Shown here: in pieces, positions 49,901 to 57,597 of the stretch
How the letters are laid out: every line of letters starts with the position of its first letter
Position numbering within the stretch: the first letter of the stretch is position 1
Assembly: GCA_029210695.1 (NCBI GenBank)
Contig: JARGFH010000006.1
Span: 29,005-93,004 of the forward strand
DNA length: 64,000 nt
Direction: 5' to 3'
DNA from: Acidimicrobiia bacterium
GTDB taxonomy: Bacteria > Actinomycetota > Acidimicrobiia > Spongiisociales > JAHEDJ01
Position numbers and translations under genes: made by a program
Notes under the pieces: model-generated
Database searches by the model: none
What the model was told of the DNA's origin: nothing
The model's input: the letters and a program-made list of their open reading frames with translations, nothing else

Positions 49901-50142
49901 TCGATGTCTATGTCCGGTGGAAGGAACTGCATGAGCAGCCAATCGGGTGGGAACCTGATCTCAACGACGGGGTGCGGCTCAACATCCGTCCCTTCGTCGA
50001 GGCCGGGGTGCTGCGCTCCAAGTTCAACATCCACTGGCGTAAGGACCGAGGCAAGAACCCGGACGGGTCGGAGCGCCACAACGACGTCCAGCTCACCCTT
50101 ACCGACAAACGAACCGCACGCCAGAAAGCCGGCAAGCAATGA
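46945..50142 (+). CDS. pglX: PglX N6-adenine DNA methyltransferase of BREX
   Basis: Motif I 'LMDPCCGSGHFLVEAF' and motif IV 'LVATNVPYLG' (an NVPY variant of NPPY). ~1065 aa. Start overlaps the brxC stop (TAATG). Confidence 0.85.
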   Translation: MAKTTPLSPSLRKQLETAILAGRRAAESASRAAIDGLGVFADRRPEHLNSEQASLRVGLRTKWRQLGDDRELLIAECAYEQWHRLLFARFLAENRLLLHPQFRAAVTLAECEDLAPELGEPDGWSVAARFASEILPGIFRVDDPCVRLRLAPEGRHALEEILAGIPPEVFQAGDSLGWVYQFWQKDKKDEVNASERKIGGADLGPVTQLFTENYMVRFLLENSLGAWWSARHPDSPLVKGFDYLRLDDEGQPTAGSFDGWPDRAAEVTLMDPCCGSGHFLVEAFSMLWRMRAEEEGLSPTDAQDAVLRDNLFGLELDPRCVQIAMMAVALQAWKAGDGWRELPVPNIACSGIPVKAPVDEWKALAEGDERLESALIRLHILFREADTFGSLIEPKRATEISDPTQLQQSFEDVEWDAVAPLLEKAASRESNDPAIAVLGADAASIARAADYLSRRYSLVATNVPYLGRQFMERHLRDYCDRYYSDAAFDIATCFVDRMSRMGAVGSTRAVVLPQNWLFLGSYSKIRCRLLDELTWAMCVRLGPGAFEEISGEVVQASLLIANAGPPDPGHAMALLDARSERPAARKAEALRAGAPLLIDQGTQRSNPDCVVAFELLGTGPLLSEYADSIQGFITGDNERFRRFFWEIGSLTNDLSWDRIQTTVNVTRAYGGRSEYMRWEQGHGHLATSPQARVQGLQARGRRGVALARLGQLPATLFDGDFFSDAVGLVVPRNEADLRAVWAFCSSDSYSAAVRAINTKLSVANATLVKVPFDIDHWRTVAEGAGPLPEPWSDDPTQWLFEGRPELSTASLQVAVARLVGYRWPEQPQSDDLEGFADSDAIVCLPSVAGEPPAADRVHRLLATAYGEAWSPAMVKRLLEASGSKKTSLPGWLRDDFFKQHCALFGNRPFVWHIWDGQRDGFSAFVNYHRLDRKNLEKLTYTYLGTDWVERQKAEVRDEVAGAEARLVAALELQAKLEQILEGVAPFDVYVRWKELHEQPIGWEPDLNDGVRLNIRPFVEAGVLRSKFNIHWRKDRGKNPDGSERHNDVQLTLTDKRTARQKAGKQ

Positions 50143-52466
50143 GCGAGACGGTGCGCGATCGTCTGGCTGGCCGTCTCGGAGAGGCTCTCGAGTACAACGC
50201 CAACGCGTTTGCGCCCCCGGTGGCGCTGCTATGGCCGGATGAGGGTCGCCATTGGCAGCAGGTGATCCCTCGAATCGCCAAGGAGCGACCGGTGCTGACG
50301 CTCGGCCCATTCGACCCCGACGCGAATCGGGGACCCGCGTATTGGATTCGGTGTGTGGTTGCTGGCACGGTCGAGACCCACCTTCCGGACGGAATCCCGG
50401 TGGTCTACCTCCCTGGGGTCGGTCGGAACTCGCTCCGTGCCGTCGAATCGTGTCCCTCGGACCTTGCGCCCATCGCCGAGCTTCAGTACCGGAGCCAGTG
50501 GTTCTCACACCCGAACGGCCGCGATTGGACGGCCTGGGCCTTGCTGTCGCATGCCGAATATGGCCTCGGGCTTCGCATCACTGATAGCGCAGATGCGGTG
50601 AGCGCGCTCCAGCTCGCCCTTGATCGGCTGATGGACGAGCGGATCGATCGGCTGGAGCGGCTGGTACTCGATGCCGACTTTTTCCACGATCTGGTCAATC
50701 CCGATCCGGTGCGCAGCCTGCTCGGTTGGCTCGATGACCCGATCGACTTCAGGTCACGATTCGACGAAGCGCAATGGAGCGCGTTCCTGCAGCAGTGCAA
50801 AGCCGACTTCGGGTTCGACCCGACGCTCGATGGCGAGATCAGCGCCGCGCGCAAGCTCGGAGATCGGGAGGAAAAGTGGGGCGAGGTATGGAAGCGCTTC
50901 GCCGAGACGCCGGAGCGGTATCCGGGGATCCCCGAGCAACTCCGCAAGGCCAGGCCCCAAGAGCAGCTCACCCTTGGGGAACAAGGACACTCCGAAAGCT
51001 GGCCGCAGGACAACGAAGCAGCCGAGAAGGACCTGCGCCAACGTTTGAAGGGATTCGACAGCCTCACACCGGAGGCTGCGCGCACAGAGATAGTGAAGCT
51101 TGAAGCCTCTCATGCATGGCGGCGCAGCACCATCTGGGCCGACCTAGACCACGCCCCCCTTGCTTTTGCCCTGGAGCAGCTTGCTGCCCTAGCAGACCTA
51201 GCTATGCAGCCCCTGGCGACGGATGGTCTGACCGAACTCATCCGGGACTATGTAGACCGGGGATGGAGGGCGGACGACGCTGCCCTGCGGGCCTTGAAGG
51301 CGGTCGAGTCCGGGCCAGACCGGGAGGCGGTCGCAGTGACAATGGACGCCCTTTATCGGCCGTGGATCGATGAGGGAGCCAAGACGCTCCAGTCGATCAT
51401 CGGCCCTATGGCCAACTCCGGTACCTACGAGACCGGCGCGCCCGCCAGTCCTGCCCCAGGGACCGTCACAGTGTTCATCGACGGCCTTCGCTTGGACATC
51501 GCTCACCGGGTGAGGGAGCGGTTGGCCGCCGTGGGCCTTGACGTCGATGCCGGCATAAGCCTCGCGGCGTTGCCCACCGTCACGCAGACCGCCAAGCCGG
51601 TCCTTGCTCCAATCCCTCGGGGTGCCCTGACGGCGGGCCCCGACTTGCATCCGGCGAATTCGGTCACCGGTACGAGGGCGTCAGTCCAGGTGCTGCGCTC
51701 ACTGATGAAGGACAACGGGGTCCAAGTGCTCGACTCGACTGATGTCGGTGACCCAACCGGTACGGCATGGGCTGAGGCCGGTGAGATCGACCATCGAGGC
51801 CACGATGTCGGCAGTCGTCTCGTCGACTACCTCGATCAGGAGGTGGATCGGATCGTGGGGCGGGTCCGCGAGTTGCTAGAAGCAGGCTGGCAGAGAGTCG
51901 AGGTGGTGACCGATCACGGGTGGATACTCCTTCCCGGCGGGCTGGAAAAGGTCGATCTCCCTCCGGCCACGACCGAGGTCAAGAAGGGTCGATGCGCCCG
52001 CCTCAAGGCGGGGTCGGTCGTCGAGACGCCGACGGTGCCATGGTTCTGGGATCAGGACGTCCGGATCGCCATCGCGCCTGGCGTCACATGCTTCGAGGCC
52101 GGCAAGGAGTACGAGCACGGCGGCGTCAGCCCCCAAGAGTGCATCGTTCCTCGGCTCACCGTGACCGTCGGTGTGTCCCCGATGGCCACCGATGGACCGG
52201 AGATCACGTCAGTCAAGTGGCTGGGTCTGCTGTGCCGAATCGAGCTGACCGGTGCCGGCTCAGGTGTGATCGCGGATCTTCGGGCACTTCCTGCCGATCC
52301 AAAGACCTCCATCGCCGAAGAGGCCAAAGAGACATTCCGCGAGGGCAAGGTTTCGCTGATCGTCCCCGACGAAGAACACGAGGGCGAGCCAGCACACCTG
52401 GTACTGGTCGGTCCCGATGGTCAGATCCTGGTCCAGCGCCAGCTGATAGTGGGGAGAAACCGGTGA
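50139..52466 (+). CDS. pglZ: PglZ alkaline-phosphatase-superfamily protein of BREX
   Basis: Conserved PglZ N-terminus ('VALLWPDEGRHWQQVIP') and a C-terminal phosphatase-like 'VEVVTDHGWILLPGG'. ATGA overlap with pglX. Confidence 0.8.
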   Translation: MSETVRDRLAGRLGEALEYNANAFAPPVALLWPDEGRHWQQVIPRIAKERPVLTLGPFDPDANRGPAYWIRCVVAGTVETHLPDGIPVVYLPGVGRNSLRAVESCPSDLAPIAELQYRSQWFSHPNGRDWTAWALLSHAEYGLGLRITDSADAVSALQLALDRLMDERIDRLERLVLDADFFHDLVNPDPVRSLLGWLDDPIDFRSRFDEAQWSAFLQQCKADFGFDPTLDGEISAARKLGDREEKWGEVWKRFAETPERYPGIPEQLRKARPQEQLTLGEQGHSESWPQDNEAAEKDLRQRLKGFDSLTPEAARTEIVKLEASHAWRRSTIWADLDHAPLAFALEQLAALADLAMQPLATDGLTELIRDYVDRGWRADDAALRALKAVESGPDREAVAVTMDALYRPWIDEGAKTLQSIIGPMANSGTYETGAPASPAPGTVTVFIDGLRLDIAHRVRERLAAVGLDVDAGISLAALPTVTQTAKPVLAPIPRGALTAGPDLHPANSVTGTRASVQVLRSLMKDNGVQVLDSTDVGDPTGTAWAEAGEIDHRGHDVGSRLVDYLDQEVDRIVGRVRELLEAGWQRVEVVTDHGWILLPGGLEKVDLPPATTEVKKGRCARLKAGSVVETPTVPWFWDQDVRIAIAPGVTCFEAGKEYEHGGVSPQECIVPRLTVTVGVSPMATDGPEITSVKWLGLLCRIELTGAGSGVIADLRALPADPKTSIAEEAKETFREGKVSLIVPDEEHEGEPAHLVLVGPDGQILVQRQLIVGRNR

Positions 52467-54913
52467 GCGACCTCGACCAGCTCGACCAACTCGCCGCTCA
52501 GGTGTTCGAGGGTTACCTGGTCCGCAAGGATCTTGCCCAGCAGTTCCGCGGCCAGTACCCGGTGCCGACATACGTTGGCGAATTCCTGCTGGGTCGATAC
52601 TGCGCCACGACCGACCCCGACGAGATTGCCGAGGGGTTAGCGATCGTCGAGCGTTCCATGAAGGAGCGGACCGTCCGCGCCGGGGAGGAGGAGCTCTTCA
52701 AGTCGCGGGCACGGGAAAAGGGCCGGGTCAAGATCATCGATCTTCTCCGAGCGAAGCTCGACGCCAAAGCAGATGCCTACAAGGCAGAGATGCCCAGCCT
52801 CCAGCTCAGCGGCATCCACATCTCCGACGAGCTGGTCAACGAGCACGACCGCATGCTCACCGGCGGCTTCTATGCCGAAGTCACACTCGAGTACATCGCC
52901 GCTCTGGGCCGGGAGTCGGGAGGTCAGCCGTTCCGGGTCGAGGCGGTTCGGCCGATCCAGATGTCCACCAGGGACGCCTTGGACACGTTCGTCGCCGGCC
53001 GAAAGCGGTTCACGCTCGAGCAGTGGCGGCACCTGTTGCTACGTAGCGTCGGCTTCGAGCCCGATCGGTTCACGCCGCGGGAACAGGACGTGCTCTTGGC
53101 ACGCATGGTTCCGTTCGTCGTTCCCAACTACAACGCTGTCGAGCTGGGCCCACGTGGGACCGGCAAGTCCCATCTTTTCCAGCAGATCTCGCCATATTCC
53201 CACCTAGTTTCTGGGGGCAAAGCGACCGTCGCCAACATGTTCGTGAACAACACGACGGGCCGCAGGGGCCTCGTTGCTCAGTACGACGTGGTCTGTTTCG
53301 ACGAGGTGGCCGGCGTGTCGTTCGATACCAAGGAGGGGGTCAACATCCTGAAGGGCTACATGGAGGCGGGCGAGTTCAGCCGCGGCAAGGAGAGCATCCG
53401 CGCTGACGGCGGCATTGTCATGGTTGGCAACTTCGACGTCGACGTGGTCGAGGAGTTGCGACAAGGGCACCTGTTCGGTCCAATGCCCAAGGAGATGCGG
53501 GACGACACGGCGTTTCACGACCGGATCCACTCTTACCTGCCGGGATGGGACGTGCCCAAGCTCCACCCGTCCTACTTCACCGACCACTTCGGCTTCGTCA
53601 GCGACTTCCTCGCCGAGTGCTGGAGTCAGGTTCGTCGCACCTCGCGGCTGGACGTCACCCAGGGTCGGCTGTCGTGGGGCAGCCAGCTGAGCGGGCGAGA
53701 CCGCAAGGCGGCCGATAACACGGTCAATGGATTGCTGAAACTCCTTTGGCCTGACCCGGAGATGGACGTATCGGACGAGGCGCTTGCCTGGGCTGCCGAG
53801 CTTGCGCTGGAGCTTCGTCGCCGCGTCAAGGAGCAGCAGGCATTCATCGGCGCCGCTGAGTTTGGGAAGGTCGACCTGAGCTACCGCATCGGTGACGGTC
53901 CCGAGAAAGTTGTTTACTGCGAGGAGAGCGTCCGTCACCGACTTCGAATGGAATCCGAGGAGAAGGCTGGCGGGCCTGAGAGAACGCCGTCGCTGCCGAT
54001 CCCCGAGCCAGACGAAGTCACAACTGGCAGCGCGGCAAGGCACTACGCACCCGGTGACGAGATCGACGGACGTTTCGAGGTTCTTGAGGTGCTCGGCGAG
54101 GGTGGCTTCTCCAGGGTCTACAAGGTCGTTGATCTCGTGGAAGGCGAACAGCGGGCCTTGAAACTGTTCGAGAGCGCCGCCGGCTATGAGGCGGTCCGTC
54201 GTGAGATCGGCGCTTTGCGCATGGTCCATCACCCCAATGTCGTTACGGTCTTCTGGGCCGACAAGACCGCGGACGGGGACTGGTACCTCGTTTCGGAGTT
54301 CATCGACGGCGAGTCACTGGAGGAGTACACGTCGGGCGACCGACACCTTCGGGATCGAGAGGCGATCGACGTGGCACTCGACGTGCTCGATGCGCTGGTG
54401 GCCATTCACCCCGACGCCGTCCGTCTCTCAGAGCTTGAGGAGAAGCGCCGGGGCGGTGAGCTGTCTCAGGACGAGTACTACGAGATGCAGGAGCTGCAAG
54501 AGCACGGCCTCGTCCACCGAGACATCAAGCCCCTGAACATCATCCTCACCCGCCAAGGAGCCAAGCTGCTCGACTTCAACATCGCATCCCGAGTCGGTGA
54601 CCCCGTGAAGACCCTGTCGGGGACACCCCCGTATCAGGCCCCGGATGCCGACTACACCCGGTGGGACGTGACGACGGATTTGTTCGCCGTCGGAGTCGTC
54701 TTGTACGAGCTGCTCTGCAACGGAGAGCACCCGTACCCCGGTGGCAAGCCCATGGTTGGCGAAGCAGTTCGAGATCCACGGTCGGTCCGCCCTGATCTCA
54801 GCGCCGACCTGGCGAAGTTCCTCGTCAAGGCGTGCGCACCAGCTCGCAGTGATCGATTCATCACCGCTCAGGAGATGAAGGGCGCGCTCGAGGAAAGTCG
54901 AGCTACCGGGTGA
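52463..54913 (+). CDS. brxL: BrxL-like AAA+ (MCM/Lon-related) ATPase fused to a C-terminal Hanks-type Ser/Thr protein kinase domain
   Basis: GTG start overlapping the pglZ stop (GTGA). The N-terminal ~480 aa match BrxL ('YVGEFLLGRYCATTDPDEI', Walker A 'ELGPRGTGKSHLF', 'VVCFDEVAGV', 'RELALELRRRVKEQ'). The C-terminal ~290 aa (from ~54030) carry kinase subdomains: 'LGEGGFSRVYKV', 'ALKLF', 'HRDIKPLNIIL', 'DFN', 'GTPPYQAPD'. No Lon S16 protease domain is present. Confidence 0.8.
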   Translation: MSDLDQLDQLAAQVFEGYLVRKDLAQQFRGQYPVPTYVGEFLLGRYCATTDPDEIAEGLAIVERSMKERTVRAGEEELFKSRAREKGRVKIIDLLRAKLDAKADAYKAEMPSLQLSGIHISDELVNEHDRMLTGGFYAEVTLEYIAALGRESGGQPFRVEAVRPIQMSTRDALDTFVAGRKRFTLEQWRHLLLRSVGFEPDRFTPREQDVLLARMVPFVVPNYNAVELGPRGTGKSHLFQQISPYSHLVSGGKATVANMFVNNTTGRRGLVAQYDVVCFDEVAGVSFDTKEGVNILKGYMEAGEFSRGKESIRADGGIVMVGNFDVDVVEELRQGHLFGPMPKEMRDDTAFHDRIHSYLPGWDVPKLHPSYFTDHFGFVSDFLAECWSQVRRTSRLDVTQGRLSWGSQLSGRDRKAADNTVNGLLKLLWPDPEMDVSDEALAWAAELALELRRRVKEQQAFIGAAEFGKVDLSYRIGDGPEKVVYCEESVRHRLRMESEEKAGGPERTPSLPIPEPDEVTTGSAARHYAPGDEIDGRFEVLEVLGEGGFSRVYKVVDLVEGEQRALKLFESAAGYEAVRREIGALRMVHHPNVVTVFWADKTADGDWYLVSEFIDGESLEEYTSGDRHLRDREAIDVALDVLDALVAIHPDAVRLSELEEKRRGGELSQDEYYEMQELQEHGLVHRDIKPLNIILTRQGAKLLDFNIASRVGDPVKTLSGTPPYQAPDADYTRWDVTTDLFAVGVVLYELLCNGEHPYPGGKPMVGEAVRDPRSVRPDLSADLAKFLVKACAPARSDRFITAQEMKGALEESRATG

Positions 54914-55027
54914 ATCTCATCTATCGAACCGGACGCCTACCCATGGGAGGGAGACGCTCGGGTGACAAATTGGCAGCGGTCATAATCACGGACATGTACG
55001 CGGCAACGTCGATCCCAGGAAGTCAGC

Positions 55028-57526
55028 ATGTGGCGCCGCGTTGATCTGCACAACCATACATTCCCAAATGAAACCTGCGACACAGAGTGGGACCCAGATC
55101 ACTTCGTCGCGTCCTGTGCTGATGTGGGCATCGACGTCATCGCAGTCACTGACCACGACACGTGCGATCGCGTGGCTGACGTCGTGGCTGCCGCCGGCGA
55201 CGTCGTCCACGTAGTTCCCGGTGTCGAACTCACTACTGACAGAGGGCACATCATCGCTCTTGGGCCCGGTGATGGGGGCCTGGCGATCGTCGAGGAGCTT
55301 CTCACCCGAGTAGGCGCGAGGCCCGGAGAGCAGGTCGATCTGCTTCGGCTGTTTGAGGCGCTCTCTGAGAATTGCAGCACTGGGCAGCCCTTCGCCTCGG
55401 CCATCGTGGTCATCGGAGCCCACGTCGATATGGACGGTCAGCTGCTCGGCTCTCCGAATTCGTTGAGTATCGAACGGCAACTTCGGTACGCCGGTCAGCT
55501 AGATGCTCTAGAGGTGGCCCGTGACGAGGTATTCGCCGAGTGGGTCCGCACTGGCGTGAAACAGGGACCGCACATGACCCTCCTGCGCGGTTCAGACGCT
55601 CATGATCCGGAAAACCGCAGAGATGTTGGGCAGTGGCTTTACCTTCCTGAGCTGTCGGCGGCGGCGTTCCATCACGCTCTGGCTCTGCCTGAGGCTTCCG
55701 TCAGGTACGAACAGCCCGATCCACCGCCAACATGGGTTATCGAGGCGGTCGAGTTTGACGGCGGCATGCACGAAGGGCATGTGTTCGCCTTCTGCGAACG
55801 AACCAACGCCGTCATCGGCCCACCAAACTCTGGGAAGTCGCTGCTCATCGACGCGCTGAAGTTCGCGTTCGGTATCGCCTGTGACCTAGACGAGGTCGAG
55901 GCCATCACGAAGAACCGAATGGCGAAGTGCCTACCGGCCGGGACGATCATATCCGTACGGCTACGCACAGCCGACGGACCGACCACTATCACGCGAACGG
56001 TGGGAGGTGCCGAAAGCCCCGACCCCCCATTTCAGCCGATTGTGTTCAGCCAGACTGAATTGACCCGACGTGCGCACGAGCCACGGCCGAGCATTCGACT
56101 GCTCGACGTGCACTGCCCCGATGCTGCCTCTATGAAGATCAGCCTATCGGAGGTACAAGGTGAGGTTGTCGATCTGTTCGTGAGGCTCGTCGCTGATGCC
56201 AAAGAGATCCGTCGTCTGGCCGGGCTCATCGGCAACACTGAGGATGGGCTGGCAGCAACGCGTAACCGGCTGCAGAACTTGGCCGGCACAGAGGAAGTCG
56301 CACAGACTGCCACGGCGACCTCCCGGGTTGGTCGGTGGCGCGCCAGCACACGGGAGCGCCTCGAAATGTGGCGTGATGAAGCCGAGCCACCAAGTCCGGA
56401 CGTACCCCGAGTGCCTGACGGCGTTGCTGGCCACGAAACGCTGGCTCCGCTGGTCCCCGGCGATCGGCTCACCGCTGCCATTGAGGCCTATGAACGGGAG
56501 GCTCGCGAGCTGATAGCCCGCCACGCCGAGTTGATGCTGAGTTCACTGGATGAGAGATCAGCTGACTTCGAGGCCATGAGTCGGGACGTGGTGGCGAAGC
56601 TTGCCGAGGCCGGCTTCAGTGAAGGATCGGAAGTGGAGATCGAGCTGAAGCGACTCCGAGATCGTCTACACGAAATGGAGGAGCTGGATGAACAGCGTCG
56701 CGAACTCGAAGAGGCTCTGGACGCTGATCTTGTGAACCTTCGCAATCTCATCCAGCGTGCCGCGGAGCTGCGATCCGCGCTAACCCGGGTTCGCAAGGAG
56801 GCTTGCACCCGGGTCAATGCCTCGATGCGCACCTTCTTCGCCCTGATCGACGGCGAGGGCGCCGCGGGCCGTCTTGATGAGATTATCAATGATCTGAAGA
56901 TCGGGACGTACATGCGGCCTGAGACCCGGAAGAAGATACGGGAGGAGCTTGACCGGCCAGCGCTACTTGAACAAGCAGTACGGCTCGCACAAGGTCGATT
57001 GACGGACACCGACGACGCATCGGACCAGGAGAGACTGGTTAGCCAAGCGATGGAGCGTGAGCGCCACCAGGATCTGGCGAGGCTTGCGACGACGTGGCCC
57101 GGAGACGGCCTTGATCTCCGAAAGAAGGGTGGCAGCGGCGCCGACACAGCGTCGTTCAATGAGCTGACGGAAGGGCTGCGCGCCCTGGCCATCAAGGAGA
57201 TCTCGTTCGCGGCATCCGAGCTTCCGGTTGTCACGGACCAACCGGAGGACGCAGTCCCGACCCGCGCCGTCTATGACAGCCTTGTACCAACTCTGCGCGA
57301 GCAGCGTGCAATCAGACAATTCATCGTCGTCAGTCACGACGCCAACCTTGTAGTTGCCAGCGACATGGAAAGCGTGACGGCCTTGGAGGGAGCCGATGAC
57401 GGAAGCCCGTACAGCGGATCCCTATTCGATCGCCGCATTCGGGACCTCGCTCTGGAGCACCTGGAAGGCGGAATCGAGGCGTTCGATCGCCGAGCCACGC
57501 GCTACGGACGACCTCTACCCGCGTGA
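55028..57526 (+). CDS. Ppl-like protein: N-terminal PHP phosphoesterase domain + SMC/RecF-type ABC ATPase with coiled coil
   Basis: PHP motifs 'DLHNHT', 'IAVTDHD' and 'HVVPGVELTT'. Walker A 'IGPPNSGKSLLIDALKFAFG'. A long charged coiled-coil region. C-terminal Walker B/D-loop 'RQFIVVSHDANLV'. Confidence 0.65.
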   Translation: MWRRVDLHNHTFPNETCDTEWDPDHFVASCADVGIDVIAVTDHDTCDRVADVVAAAGDVVHVVPGVELTTDRGHIIALGPGDGGLAIVEELLTRVGARPGEQVDLLRLFEALSENCSTGQPFASAIVVIGAHVDMDGQLLGSPNSLSIERQLRYAGQLDALEVARDEVFAEWVRTGVKQGPHMTLLRGSDAHDPENRRDVGQWLYLPELSAAAFHHALALPEASVRYEQPDPPPTWVIEAVEFDGGMHEGHVFAFCERTNAVIGPPNSGKSLLIDALKFAFGIACDLDEVEAITKNRMAKCLPAGTIISVRLRTADGPTTITRTVGGAESPDPPFQPIVFSQTELTRRAHEPRPSIRLLDVHCPDAASMKISLSEVQGEVVDLFVRLVADAKEIRRLAGLIGNTEDGLAATRNRLQNLAGTEEVAQTATATSRVGRWRASTRERLEMWRDEAEPPSPDVPRVPDGVAGHETLAPLVPGDRLTAAIEAYEREARELIARHAELMLSSLDERSADFEAMSRDVVAKLAEAGFSEGSEVEIELKRLRDRLHEMEELDEQRRELEEALDADLVNLRNLIQRAAELRSALTRVRKEACTRVNASMRTFFALIDGEGAAGRLDEIINDLKIGTYMRPETRKKIREELDRPALLEQAVRLAQGRLTDTDDASDQERLVSQAMERERHQDLARLATTWPGDGLDLRKKGGSGADTASFNELTEGLRALAIKEISFAASELPVVTDQPEDAVPTRAVYDSLVPTLREQRAIRQFIVVSHDANLVVASDMESVTALEGADDGSPYSGSLFDRRIRDLALEHLEGGIEAFDRRATRYGRPLPA

Positions 57527-57597
57527 TGGAGGATCGTGCGGATTATGCATGCTGACCTGCGCTGGTTGCTTGCAGCTGATGAGACGTCTACTCGAAG

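Noticed and set aside
51920-52462. N-terminal extension of the brxL ORF overlapping pglZ
   Set aside because: The extension lies in a different frame over the PglZ C-terminus and is Arg/Gly-rich. The GTG at 52463 gives canonical coupling and a BrxL-like N-terminus.
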